IMG/VR virus record: IMGVR_UViG_3300031696_000001
Span: 1-62,169 of that record
DNA: 62,169 nt
From: a virus
Lineage: Duplodnaviria; Caudoviricetes
Reading direction: 5' to 3' (one strand)
Shown: positions 1-9,262 of the stretch, one piece after another
Position numbering within the stretch: position 1 is the first letter of the stretch
Layout of the letters: each line of letters starts with the position of its first letter
The notes under the pieces: generated by a model
Told to the model about the DNA's origin: nothing
The model's input: only the letters and a program-made list of their open reading frames with translations
The model's database searches: none
Position numbers and translations under genes: made by a program

Positions 1-86
1 ATATAAATTCGTTTATAGATTCTTCTTAGCCTACCTCCTGACGCTCCGTTGTTCCAATTTTTAAAATTTAATGTAATTGTTTTCAT
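1..86 (-). CDS. small basic hypothetical protein, 5' part (MKTITLNFKNWNNGASGGRLRRIYKRIY...), probably continuing across the window junction
   Basis: ATG at 86. The frame stays open to base 1 and, if joined to the window end, reads ...ITKRNIINRAR-stop (39 aa). Confidence 0.4.
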   Translation of the reverse strand, partial: MKTITLNFKNWNNGASGGRLRRIYKRIY

Positions 87-99
87 AATTCTATTTCGC

Positions 100-236
100 C
101 TATAATTAGTGAGAGGGACTTTACTCTTAGTTAATTGTATTGGGGAGGTAACCACACCCCCCCTCTACTACTCAGGGCTGAAAAATTAAATGCTTTTAGG
201 TCTTACCCTTTATTTATTATTAATTATTTCCTGAGT
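100..236 (-). ncRNA. candidate structured intergenic RNA
   Basis: ACTCAGG/CCTGAGT inverted repeat (170-176, 230-236). GC-rich hairpin at 142-163 pairs fully only on the minus strand (G-U). Confidence 0.35.
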
Positions 237-254
237 GTTAATTTAAAGTTATGT

Positions 255-461
255 TTATGCTCTTGGCCCTGTGTCTGGTGATAATCCACCTGTTCGTGTT
301 TTACCTCCATACTGATCAGATTTTTCATTGACTTGTATTTTTACCCACACTTCTGCAAAGCGTATCAATTGTTCTTCAGTATACTCTTGCTTTCCTCCTG
401 GATCAAATATTGTATCCCATTCATTTAATTCATCAGAGTGTAAAAATTCTTTTGCTTTCAT
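255..461 (-). CDS. hypothetical protein
   Basis: 68-aa ORF in a tightly packed minus-strand operon. Confidence 0.65.
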   Translation of the reverse strand: MKAKEFLHSDELNEWDTIFDPGGKQEYTEEQLIRFAEVWVKIQVNEKSDQYGGKTRTGGLSPDTGPRA

Positions 462-467
462 AACTTA

Positions 468-851
468 TTATATTTCGTGTTCTTTTTTTATGTGTTCGCT
501 TGCTGGTCTGTTTCTATTATACTGGTCTACATTAAAGTTCTTGTCGTAGTTTCTCCTTTCTGCATCTAACTTATAATATAAGAATGCTTGGAAACCGTTA
601 AGGTGTGAGTCAGTAGGAAAGAAATATTTCCATCCCTTAGACATTCCTTTAGTTATATAATAACAAAAAGCAACCCCTATCTTTCCACTGCTCTTTTTAA
701 AATTAATCACAGCAGTATGATCTGAAGTTGGTATAACCTCATCCACTAAAAATGATTCGTTATTTCCATTTCCTTTTCTATTCTTGTGAGAGAATCTCTC
801 CGCTATTACTTTAGCGAATGTATGTAATTCTTTTGCTATTACTTTTTGCAT
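468..851 (-). CDS. hypothetical protein
   Basis: 127-aa ORF, operon packing. Confidence 0.8.
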   Translation of the reverse strand: MQKVIAKELHTFAKVIAERFSHKNRKGNGNNESFLVDEVIPTSDHTAVINFKKSSGKIGVAFCYYITKGMSKGWKYFFPTDSHLNGFQAFLYYKLDAERRNYDKNFNVDQYNRNRPASEHIKKEHEI

Positions 852-872
852 GGCCAGATAACTACTATGTTA

Positions 873-1124
873 TTATTCATATCGTTTTATAAAAATAGGA
901 GTTTTTTCTCCTACGTAAGATCCTACAGTATTGTAGTAAAAATGTTCAAGAGCATCTTCTTCTTCTATTCCGTCTTCTTCTACTAAACTTTTAATACATA
1001 AATCCATATCATATACAGCTACAGGATTTGATCCTTCTGTTATTCCTATTAAAGCTGACTCGTATCCATCAGCAAGAAGACATTCGTTATCACTCAATTG
1101 TTGCATTAATTCTTCATCTATCAT
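873..1124 (-). CDS. conserved phage hypothetical protein (acidic)
   Basis: LLADGYESALIG...AVYD...ALEHFYYNTVGSYVGEKTPIF resembles a common small phage family. Confidence 0.8.
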   Translation of the reverse strand: MIDEELMQQLSDNECLLADGYESALIGITEGSNPVAVYDMDLCIKSLVEEDGIEEEDALEHFYYNTVGSYVGEKTPIFIKRYE

Positions 1125-1465
1125 TTAATTCTTCTTTTATCTGTTACTATTCTATGGCAGTTAGCACACCTGACCTCACACTTGTCCATCTCTTTTGATA
1201 TTGCATTAATACAATAAGCTTTGTTTGACATATCAGAAATTGCCAGAATCTTATCTCCTTTAACGTGATCAAAATCTAATACTAAAGGGTTATTCTCTCC
1301 ACAATCTATACACTCTGATATTTCTTTTATAGACATTACAAACTCTCTATTTCTTAATCTCTGTATTTTGTTTCTTTTAAATGAACGGGCCTTAATTTCT
1401 TCTTTATTTTTTAAATAATGACGTCTTACTGCTGCTTTCTGATCTTTAGGATCTTTATAAGGCAT
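1121..1465 (-). CDS. HNH endonuclease
   Basis: CIDCG...LDFDHV...CEVRCANCH zinc/HNH motifs. Confidence 0.85.
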   Translation of the reverse strand: MPYKDPKDQKAAVRRHYLKNKEEIKARSFKRNKIQRLRNREFVMSIKEISECIDCGENNPLVLDFDHVKGDKILAISDMSNKAYCINAISKEMDKCEVRCANCHRIVTDKRRIK

Positions 1466-1473
1466 TTTTAATT

Positions 1474-1665
1474 TTACAGTTCATCCTCCATAGACTCAAT
1501 TATATCTTGCAATACTTTTATTAATTCTATACACCTGTCTTGTGCTTGATCATAATCTCTTTTCATCATATCCTCCTTCATATCATAGCCAAATCTATGT
1601 ATATTATCACAGGTAAATTCTATATGGGCTATCATCTTTGAATCTTTAGGAGATACTTTGGCCAT
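1474..1665 (-). CDS. hypothetical protein
   Basis: 63-aa ORF downstream of a promoter-like motif. Confidence 0.7.
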   Translation of the reverse strand: MAKVSPKDSKMIAHIEFTCDNIHRFGYDMKEDMMKRDYDQAQDRCIELIKVLQDIIESMEDEL

Positions 1666-1702
1666 TTGTCTTATTTAACTATTTTTGAACATTAATTATG
1701 GA

Positions 1703-1733
1703 CAAATTTAACAATTTATTTTTCTTTACCAAC
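1703..1733 (-). promoter_or_regulatory. Bacteroidota sigma-70-type promoter
   Basis: Minus strand GTTG-N19-TAAATTTG (-33/-7 boxes). Confidence 0.55.
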
Positions 1734-1748
1734 TATTTTAGATCTTTT

Positions 1749-1949
1749 TTAATTTAATTTTTTAAACTTCTCCTTAAATATCTTATCTATAGTTTCTTTA
1801 GATACATTAAAAAACCTTTCTACTTCAGTAACATTATTAGCTACCGAAAAAGATTTTAATATTTTATCTTTCTTTTCTTGGGTTAGACTGAGAAATGTTT
1901 TATTTTTCTTTGGTCCTCCACGTTTTATTTTAAGGCTTGGATGTGTCAT
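1749..1949 (-). CDS. hypothetical protein, possible HTH
   Basis: 66 aa; NVTEVERFFNVSKETIDKIF is HTH-like. Confidence 0.6.
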   Translation of the reverse strand: MTHPSLKIKRGGPKKNKTFLSLTQEKKDKILKSFSVANNVTEVERFFNVSKETIDKIFKEKFKKLN

Positions 1950-2263
1950 TTTATACTTAATTTTAAATTTAGTAGATCTAAATACTCATCCATAGATATA
2001 AGCTGTACATCTGCTAAAATAATATACTTTGAATCATCCTTTATTACTTCTAATGCAAAAGTAATTGGTTCTTCATCATCATCCACAATTACACCTCCTA
2101 AAACTGTAGATATTAATTTATTTGTAGGAACTGAATCTACATTTTGCTCAATAAACTTTGCAATTTTTATTCCAGTCCTAATATCCATGTCAGAAATACT
2201 TTCCATAAAGTCTTCTGCTACATCATAGCCCGCCTCCCTTATATACTTCTGTTCTGCACCCAT
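1946..2263 (-). CDS. hypothetical protein
   Basis: 105-aa ORF with overlapping start/stop coupling. Confidence 0.75.
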   Translation of the reverse strand: MGAEQKYIREAGYDVAEDFMESISDMDIRTGIKIAKFIEQNVDSVPTNKLISTVLGGVIVDDDEEPITFALEVIKDDSKYIILADVQLISMDEYLDLLNLKLSIK

Positions 2264-2471
2264 GTTTTTCTAATTCTTTTAATCTATACTCTTGTAATTT
2301 TGACAGTTTACCTGTTGGTCTTTTTACTTCTGAAAATAATACATCACAATTAGGAGGAATTGCAAGGAGATCGGGGATTCCATTCTTATTAGTCTTTATT
2401 AGCTTAAGAACATAGTATCCTTCCGACTCCAGTTGCTTAATCCTCTTTGCTTGTATTTGTTGTTCGGTCAT
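2223..2471 (-). CDS. VRR-NUC domain nuclease (Holliday junction resolvase-like)
   Basis: TEQQIQ...GIPDLLAI...FSEVKRPTGKLSKLQ; typical position next to an SF2 helicase. Confidence 0.9.
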   Translation of the reverse strand: MTEQQIQAKRIKQLESEGYYVLKLIKTNKNGIPDLLAIPPNCDVLFSEVKRPTGKLSKLQEYRLKELEKHGCRTEVYKGGGL

Positions 2472-2641
2472 TTCTTATGTGAACTCTCTGTTTGTCCGCA
2501 GTTAATACACCACCTCTCTTCATCTCCCATAAAATCATCATAAGTGTAAAACATATCGCATTTTTTTGGTTTGGTTAATACTTTAATAGTACCAACACTA
2601 CCTCCTTCTCCTTGTTCTTCTTTTTTTATTCCTTTTTTCAT
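2468..2641 (-). CDS. small hypothetical protein (57 aa, CxxC), below the ORF-track cutoff
   Basis: MKKGIKKEEQ...WCINCGQTESSHKK fills the gap and has an ATGA overlap with the VRR-NUC gene. Confidence 0.6.
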   Translation of the reverse strand: MKKGIKKEEQGEGGSVGTIKVLTKPKKCDMFYTYDDFMGDEERWCINCGQTESSHKK

Positions 2642-2650
2642 AATTATTAT

Positions 2651-3883
2651 TTACAAATTTATAAATTTTCTTCTAAAGTGTGTAAGGGTGTAGTCTTTCT
2701 TTTTTATTACAGCCTTGTATATATCACTCTCTATACCTCCTTTACTAAATATCCAATAGATATCATTCTTAAGTCTATCCTTAGTTGTCATCCGATCTCT
2801 ACTCTGCCAATATGATGTAGCACTAAAGTCAATATTGTAATATACTAAGGCATTAGCCTTTCGTAAACTAATACCTTCTCTTCCACTTACAATTTGAAGT
2901 GCTATATTTTTATCAGTGGTATTAAAACAATCTAACTCCGTACATATGTCATCTCCAAAAACTTCTTTAATAGCATTTAACTCTTCTTTAAATTTATAAA
3001 ATATACCTATTTTAAATCCTCTAAATGTTTTCTTTATAAACTCAGCTTTACTTAAATCAATTACCATAGAATTACCACTCTCAAACTTAATGGTTCCGCT
3101 ACATAGCTGATGTACCTTAGTCATTAGTTTAACTGACGTGTCAGCCAATATTACCTCAGAATCACCCTCTACTACTAAATCTCTTTTTAGTTTGCTTATA
3201 AGCTTTGTGGTGGATGATTTCATCTCAACCTCTAATACATGCTCATTGGTTTGTACAACAAACCCAGCGTCCTTCTGACTAAAGTTTATAGTATAAGGAG
3301 ACATAGCCTCAATAATTTTTTTACTTCCTTTTGAATAGTCATTGATATATAGACCTCCTATCTTTTTTTGAGTAACCTTTACATAGTCCTTAGCAAATTG
3401 ATAGAAATTTTTATAATGTGCAAAAGGATTATTGGGTATAAAAGAAATTTGATTATACATCTGAGAATAAGACTCTGGTGTTGGAGTCCCACTAAGTAAT
3501 ATTACATAAGGATTAGACCTAAATATAATGTTCTTTACTTTTTTAGTTCTACCACTTGGTTTTGGAAATGCTCCCATACCATGGGCCTCATCACAGATAA
3601 CTACATCCCATCCAGTCTGTCTAATTTTATGTAGAGACTCATAGTTTATAACCTCTAACTCAAACTGAGGCATTAGTAATTCAAAGTCATTAACAATACT
3701 TGATATTGCTTTCTTCTTTGTAATAAATAAAACTTTCTTAGCATCAATAAGATCACAAATTCCTAAACTTGTTAAAGTCTTTCCAGTCCTAACCTCCATA
3801 GCTAAGTAAAGAAATCTATGTTGTTTTATTATACCCACACCATCTGATATAATATGATTTTGGTACTCTCTAAACTCTATCAT
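2651..3883 (-). CDS. SF2 (SNF2-like) DNA helicase
   Basis: MEVRTGKT Walker A variant, DEAH, SGTP motif III, QSRDR motif VI. Confidence 0.9.
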   Translation of the reverse strand: MIEFREYQNHIISDGVGIIKQHRFLYLAMEVRTGKTLTSLGICDLIDAKKVLFITKKKAISSIVNDFELLMPQFELEVINYESLHKIRQTGWDVVICDEAHGMGAFPKPSGRTKKVKNIIFRSNPYVILLSGTPTPESYSQMYNQISFIPNNPFAHYKNFYQFAKDYVKVTQKKIGGLYINDYSKGSKKIIEAMSPYTINFSQKDAGFVVQTNEHVLEVEMKSSTTKLISKLKRDLVVEGDSEVILADTSVKLMTKVHQLCSGTIKFESGNSMVIDLSKAEFIKKTFRGFKIGIFYKFKEELNAIKEVFGDDICTELDCFNTTDKNIALQIVSGREGISLRKANALVYYNIDFSATSYWQSRDRMTTKDRLKNDIYWIFSKGGIESDIYKAVIKKKDYTLTHFRRKFINL

Positions 3884-6281
3884 TTGTATATTCTTGATGT
3901 TTTGATTTACTTATATAACTAATCCATTTACCTAACATATCTTTTCCTTGTAAAGGATTACAATCAAACTTATAATTTCCATAAGATATGAGCCATTTAC
4001 CAAACTTTATTCGGCTCACAGTCATTTTTGCTTTTGGACCATAGTCAGGATACTCATTAATAAAATCTAAATATAAATCATTTTGATAAATTCTTGTATC
4101 TAAACATAGCTTAGGGTTATCTATCCCATCAATTATTCCGCACCACTCAATAAATTCGTGAGATGTATCGGCAGATAGTACACGAGTCTTAAGATTTACA
4201 AATTCACTTTTTAACAAACCTTTTTCTAAATATAATTGTAAACACGTGATCATATAATTATCAAACTGACACCAATCATTATCATTCCATTCTCCAAACA
4301 TTAACTTACCGAACTCTACCAATGGAGTAAACTCTTTAGTATAAAATTGACTAAGTTCTAACTCCCACTTTCTACGAGCAAAAGAATTACCCTTTCCTTT
4401 TATAGCATAGTTAGTAGTGATAGCCACCTTTGGAGATTTACTAAATGGTATCTTAATAGAATCTTTATTTTTCTTTTCTAAAGTTAATCCTTCCGTAACC
4501 ACACTAAACAATCTCTCAAAGTCAAAGTGTTTTTTTACATCATCAAAACATAATATTTGAGTGTCAGCGGAAACTAATTGATAGGCAAATGATTTATCAA
4601 AGTTAAATGACTTACCATCTATCACTACTAACTTTTTCATTTGTGCTAACCCATTCATAAATAATCCCTTCCCTGTTCCTCCTTCAGGATTGTCAGATAT
4701 AACCTCATCATTTAGTATTGTAGCTGGACAATAGGATAAGTTTTTCCATCCATGTAATAAGTATCCAGTAGTAGATTCCATAGATAATGTTCTTTTAGCA
4801 TCCCCTCCCGATATATTATATATAAAGGTTTTAAAATCACAATCAGTAACATCACATACATCAAATACTCTATCAATAACATGATCCTTCCAAACATAAC
4901 CTCCTAAATCTAAATAATCAATAGGAATAATTTCATTTTTAGTTATCTTAACTGCACAATTAATGTAGTAAAGATATGCTGTGTTTTTAGTGTCAGCTAC
5001 AAAGTATACATTTATAGATCCAAGTAGAGTTAGAAATTCTTCTCTAAAATATTTTACACTTTCAGCAAAATAATTATATATACTCTTATCATCTATGTCT
5101 AAAAGAAAAGTTAATACAAAATCTTTTATTTCTTTTTCAGATGTATGGTCAATTAAATTGTTAGTTACCTTTACAAAAACATAACTTTTACTTCCCTCGG
5201 GACTAAACTTATAAAATCCATTATCTTCTAAGAATTGTTTAAAAGATATATGTATAATTTTTACAACTCCCTTCTCACTTTTTGTCCAAAACTTTTGTTC
5301 GTCTTGTTCTTCCTCTAACCTTTTTACTACATTATCTAAAACCTGATCCTCAACATCTAAGTTCTCTGCAATCTCAGATTTAATTTCAGAGGCAGTAGCC
5401 CCCTTTCTTAATTTTCTTTTAACATTATTTACCTTTTCCTCATCCTCATAATATTTAGTTCCAAAGTTTTGTACTTGCTTATATGCTGAATTAATAGTTC
5501 TTATTATTTCATTTTTTGGAAAATCTTTGCTTACAAAATTACCCATAACATACTCTGCTAAAGTTTTATTAATTCCAAAGTCATTAAACGCTGATGCCAA
5601 TATAAATACATTTTGATTTCTCTCTCCACTATTCAAACCATACTTTCTTTCCCACCACTTTAAAAGAATTTCTATAATCTTATTCTCATTAGTTATTGGT
5701 ATAGTCTGTACATCTTTATGCTTAACAACCTCTTGATACTCTTGCTCTATAACTTGATTAAAAATACTTGACTGCTCATTAATATATATTAACGGATCAT
5801 AGGATTCATAACATACTCTTGATACATTCTTACAAGATATATCAAAGTATTCACTATCATAATGATATTGTAAAGAATTAAAAAATTGTTTATGTGTTTC
5901 TTCTTCTGCTGGTATCTTAACTAATACCTTTAATCCTAAACCACTTGGTGATATAAAAACAGAAAATGTATATCTGTCTTTAGTTAGGGTTTCTTTTTTT
6001 TCCAACATATCTTTCTCTGAGGGAAAGTTATCAAAGTCTAAACACATAATTCCACTATGCTCAACTAAAGAAGAATCATTTCTTTTAGTAAATTTACCAC
6101 TAAAACATATAGCTGGTAATGATTGCTTTAATTTATTTCTTATTTCTTTATCCTTTTCTCCTCTTATTGACTTTACTATGTCTTGGGATGATCCTACTTG
6201 AATCCTTTCTAATATTCTTGATACGTCTCTATAGAAAGGTTGAGCAGTATCTTTAATATCTTTAAATATTGTTATTTCCAT
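3870..6281 (-). CDS. primase-helicase (VirE-N/BT4734-like N-terminus, PriCT, P-loop helicase)
   Basis: LPAICFSG, CLDFD, FISPSGLGLK, GERNQNVF, EGGTGKG Walker A, CFDD Walker B, TTNY. Confidence 0.88.
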   Translation of the reverse strand: MEITIFKDIKDTAQPFYRDVSRILERIQVGSSQDIVKSIRGEKDKEIRNKLKQSLPAICFSGKFTKRNDSSLVEHSGIMCLDFDNFPSEKDMLEKKETLTKDRYTFSVFISPSGLGLKVLVKIPAEEETHKQFFNSLQYHYDSEYFDISCKNVSRVCYESYDPLIYINEQSSIFNQVIEQEYQEVVKHKDVQTIPITNENKIIEILLKWWERKYGLNSGERNQNVFILASAFNDFGINKTLAEYVMGNFVSKDFPKNEIIRTINSAYKQVQNFGTKYYEDEEKVNNVKRKLRKGATASEIKSEIAENLDVEDQVLDNVVKRLEEEQDEQKFWTKSEKGVVKIIHISFKQFLEDNGFYKFSPEGSKSYVFVKVTNNLIDHTSEKEIKDFVLTFLLDIDDKSIYNYFAESVKYFREEFLTLLGSINVYFVADTKNTAYLYYINCAVKITKNEIIPIDYLDLGGYVWKDHVIDRVFDVCDVTDCDFKTFIYNISGGDAKRTLSMESTTGYLLHGWKNLSYCPATILNDEVISDNPEGGTGKGLFMNGLAQMKKLVVIDGKSFNFDKSFAYQLVSADTQILCFDDVKKHFDFERLFSVVTEGLTLEKKNKDSIKIPFSKSPKVAITTNYAIKGKGNSFARRKWELELSQFYTKEFTPLVEFGKLMFGEWNDNDWCQFDNYMITCLQLYLEKGLLKSEFVNLKTRVLSADTSHEFIEWCGIIDGIDNPKLCLDTRIYQNDLYLDFINEYPDYGPKAKMTVSRIKFGKWLISYGNYKFDCNPLQGKDMLGKWISYISKSKHQEYTNDRV

Positions 6282-6300
6282 TTTATTTGATTTATTATTT

Positions 6301-6468
6301 ATTATGTTAACTTTATGTTAACTTTTTTTTACTAACTACTACTTATATATTCTTTATTTATGACTATATGATAAGAAATATATATATATATATATAAAAG
6401 AAGTAAGTTTAGGTTTAGGCTTTATATAGAGAGTATATAAATTACAAGTAAAATCGTCATCTCATCAT
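6301..6468. repeat. origin-like element 1: inverted ATGAY pairs flanking an (AT)n tract
   Basis: ATGAC 6360 and ATGAT 6368; (AT)n 6378-6396; GTCAT 6456 and ATCAT 6464; tandem TATGTTAAC upstream; adjacent to the primase-helicase start. Confidence 0.6.
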
Positions 6469-6478
6469 TTTTAAGAGG

Positions 6479-6502
6479 AAAGAAAAGGGGCATGAAGCCC
6501 CT
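6479..6502 (-). terminator. intrinsic terminator after SSB
   Basis: AGGGGC-TTCAT-GCCCCT followed by TTTCTTT on the minus strand. Confidence 0.7.
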
Positions 6503-6525
6503 AATCTATTCTCTTGGGTTGAAAT

Positions 6526-6780
6526 TTAGAAAGGTAAATCTTCCTCAACTGCTGGTGCAGTTTCTTTCTTTGGCTCTGGTTTCCATGTGTCAACCGCTAC
6601 ATAATGAGTATTTCCGTACTCATCTACCGCCTTTTTTTCTTGTACAAGTAGTTTGATGTACTTCTTTCCGTTGTACTCAAACATGTGTTCTTGAGGTAAG
6701 TCTGTTAAACATACGCTACAAGCAACTTGGTTTCCATCAAATTTTGATGTTCCGTTTCCTACATAGATCTTTTCTGACAT
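6526..6780 (-). CDS. putative single-stranded DNA-binding protein
   Basis: Small beta-rich protein ending EEDLPF, next to recombination genes. Confidence 0.7.
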   Translation of the reverse strand: MSEKIYVGNGTSKFDGNQVACSVCLTDLPQEHMFEYNGKKYIKLLVQEKKAVDEYGNTHYVAVDTWKPEPKKETAPAVEEDLPF

Positions 6781-6901
6781 GATTTAATTTTTATAAATTA
6801 TTTTTTCCAACTGATTCATTGTAGCCTCCATGAGATTATCTCTTTCGGCTTGAGTATATAGATTGGTTGGAATTTCAATCCATACACTTTTTTTTGTTAC
6901 A

Positions 6902-7639
6902 TTAAAGTACTTCTTTAATGATATAATTTTCAATATCTTCTTTAGCATTTTTTCCATAAAATTTATTATACACTTCTATTGCTCTTTCTACTTTTTCCTT
7001 ACCATTCATTAGAAATGTTTGTGATGGATGGTATATGCCTAACTCAAATGTAGTCTTATCAACTACATAGAATACCATAGGCTTATCAAAGAATTGTTGG
7101 TATAGGTATGCTTGACTATCATAGTTATATTTCCTCGCACTATACTTAAAGTCCTTTATGTTTCCAGTAGTTTTAAGGTCAATTAACATATCTTTTCCTA
7201 CAATATCTGCTTTACCCTTCCACATCATACCCATAACCTCTTGTACTGCGGGTACTTCAAACTCATTAGCATCATCATAGATATCCTCAAAGAACTCTAA
7301 GTTATATTTCATTACAAGTACTGCACTATCTATTTTAGCTTTTTCTTTATCTAACATCATTAAAGTCCTACCATAACCAAGTATTTCTTCCTTGTACTTT
7401 TTAGAATTTCTACTTGTTACATCTATGCTTGTAAACTCTTCTGACACTAACTTCTCAGGCTCTAACATTGCAGTATGAAAATACCTACCGAGTAGCATTG
7501 GCATTGTAAAGTCTTTAGGCTTTCTAAATTCTTTAGGGTTATTAAGTAGGGTTATAATATCTGAATTAGATAAGTATTGTTTACCAAACTCCCCATAGTA
7601 ATGGTCATCATCTTTTAATTTTTCTAATATATCTTTCAT
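6902..7639 (-). CDS. PD-(D/E)XK exonuclease (RecE/exonuclease VIII-like)
   Basis: LSNSDI, GRYFHTAMLEP, KGKADIV, IDLKTT, YDSQAYLY. Confidence 0.85.
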   Translation of the reverse strand: MKDILEKLKDDDHYYGEFGKQYLSNSDIITLLNNPKEFRKPKDFTMPMLLGRYFHTAMLEPEKLVSEEFTSIDVTSRNSKKYKEEILGYGRTLMMLDKEKAKIDSAVLVMKYNLEFFEDIYDDANEFEVPAVQEVMGMMWKGKADIVGKDMLIDLKTTGNIKDFKYSARKYNYDSQAYLYQQFFDKPMVFYVVDKTTFELGIYHPSQTFLMNGKEKVERAIEVYNKFYGKNAKEDIENYIIKEVL

Positions 7640-7968
7640 AATTCTTTAAATAATTTTTCACCTTCAGTTCTTAATAATTCTAACTCATTTTCTTTATCTT
7701 GATCAAGTTTTTCAACCTTACTGAAATACCACTTAGCAAAGTTATCACACGCTGGTGGATCAGTAGATGCTACAACAGATATATTAATAGAATTATAATA
7801 TACATTAACAAGGAGTTGATTCTTATCTTTATTTTCTCCTATATTTTTATAATAATCTATTGTAACTGAAAACCCCTCTTCACTTATTATAGAAGAATCA
7901 TCATAATCTATCCAAGTTAATTTATCTAACTTAGTATTTATAAGTTCTTTAAGGTCTTTAAACTCCAT
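7636..7968 (-). CDS. hypothetical protein
   Basis: 110-aa ORF coupled to both neighbours. Confidence 0.75.
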   Translation of the reverse strand: MEFKDLKELINTKLDKLTWIDYDDSSIISEEGFSVTIDYYKNIGENKDKNQLLVNVYYNSINISVVASTDPPACDNFAKWYFSKVEKLDQDKENELELLRTEGEKLFKEL

Positions 7969-8573
7969 TACTTAATGTATTTAGATATTTCCTTTTTTAC
8001 CAATGGCTTTATCTTATACTTAACCTCTAAGTTCTTTACAATTTTAGGTAGTCCAAGATCCTTATTATCTCCTACATACTTTAATACCTTAGCAAAGTTT
8101 TCATCTCCAATATTTAATTCAACATGGGTTGGCTTACTTGGTACTGGAGTTTTACTTACTGCCATAGATGGCTTGATAGTTTGTACAATATCCTCTCCAA
8201 TCCATAAACTTAATCCTAATCCATGCATAGCAATTGCCTTTGCAGTTGATCGTTGGATTGCAGTATTCACATCCATTGAAGTTACCTTTTCAATTGCTAT
8301 TGAATTATTTCTATAATCCATAACTGGTAGGTAGTCTATATGCTCCATTCCCTCAATAATAATTCCTACCTTAACATAAGCAGTTTTACCATCAGTAAAA
8401 AAATTAAGTCCAGTATGCTCAGATTCATATACAACTCTTTGTGCAGTAGGGTGTTCTGATTTTATCATACTCCAAGCAGATGCCCAAGATAGATAACTAA
8501 ACTTTCCTTTCTTTTCTGTTTTATCCTTTACAGATATGGATGATAAATCCTTAAAAATGTTTTCGTTTTTCAT
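7968..8573 (-). CDS. Sak3/DUF1071-like single-strand annealing protein
   Basis: KGKFSYLSWASAW...LPVMDYRN...VNTAIQRSTAKAIAMHGLGL. Confidence 0.85.
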   Translation of the reverse strand: MKNENIFKDLSSISVKDKTEKKGKFSYLSWASAWSMIKSEHPTAQRVVYESEHTGLNFFTDGKTAYVKVGIIIEGMEHIDYLPVMDYRNNSIAIEKVTSMDVNTAIQRSTAKAIAMHGLGLSLWIGEDIVQTIKPSMAVSKTPVPSKPTHVELNIGDENFAKVLKYVGDNKDLGLPKIVKNLEVKYKIKPLVKKEISKYIK

Positions 8574-8576
8574 AAT

Positions 8577-8960
8577 TTAATTTAATTTATTTAATTGTTT
8601 TTGTCTTTTTGAATAATTAATAAGTAAGTTTTCTCTACTTGTTTTTAATTTTTGAATATGCTTATCATTCTTACGAGTATTTACCTCATTCCTTATTCTA
8701 TCCTCTATCATGTCTAATTTTCTCTTATAATTCATCATTGATAATCTTAAGCCTCCTTTGATCCATCCATGAATGAAAAATAAATCATACTCATCTTCAT
8801 TGCAGTCTTGGAAGTAATCTCCATTTCTACTACAATTTAGTATCTGAATATCAGAGTCAAATTTCTGAATCTTAACTCCATAATTTATAATACTATTTTG
8901 TGAGTGAATGGCTTTATAATCACTTAATGCTTGAGAATATATATCCTCTATACTATGCAT
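8577..8960 (-). CDS. hypothetical protein
   Basis: 127-aa ORF in operon. Confidence 0.75.
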   Translation of the reverse strand: MHSIEDIYSQALSDYKAIHSQNSIINYGVKIQKFDSDIQILNCSRNGDYFQDCNEDEYDLFFIHGWIKGGLRLSMMNYKRKLDMIEDRIRNEVNTRKNDKHIQKLKTSRENLLINYSKRQKQLNKLN

Positions 8961-9246
8961 CTTGTAATTTATTTACCACATCTTTAAAGTCTTGGTCGCT
9001 ATCAATAAGTTCTTTAGCTTTCTTATATCCATGTATGATAGTAGAGTGAGCAACTGAGTGTCCTTGTTCCTCCATGAATCTTTGGATGTATGAAATTCTA
9101 ATTGGTCTCTCCATACATAAATAGTATAGCATTTGTCTTGCATCTACTATCTCCCTCTTCTTTGTTTTATCAAACATCTGATCCATTGTCAGATGAAACT
9201 GCTTGGCTATTGCTATTGCATAACCATCAAAAATATCTTTTTTCAT
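8953..9246 (-). CDS. DnaA C-terminal (domain IV) HTH-like DNA-binding protein
   Basis: KKREIVDARQMLYYL...HSTIIHGYKK resembles DnaA domain IV. Confidence 0.75.
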   Translation of the reverse strand: MKKDIFDGYAIAIAKQFHLTMDQMFDKTKKREIVDARQMLYYLCMERPIRISYIQRFMEEQGHSVAHSTIIHGYKKAKELIDSDQDFKDVVNKLQDA

Positions 9247-9262
9247 ATTTAATTTAATTATA

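Noticed and set aside
420-440. CTGATGA on the minus strand as another hammerhead core
   Set aside because: It lies in coding sequence with no stem II/GAAA/stem III arrangement
6785-6932. Possible TTG-started ORF (...KSVWIEIPTNLY...) between the exonuclease and SSB genes
   Set aside because: Plausible, but it has no ATG and the start is uncertain, so it is not listed as a feature
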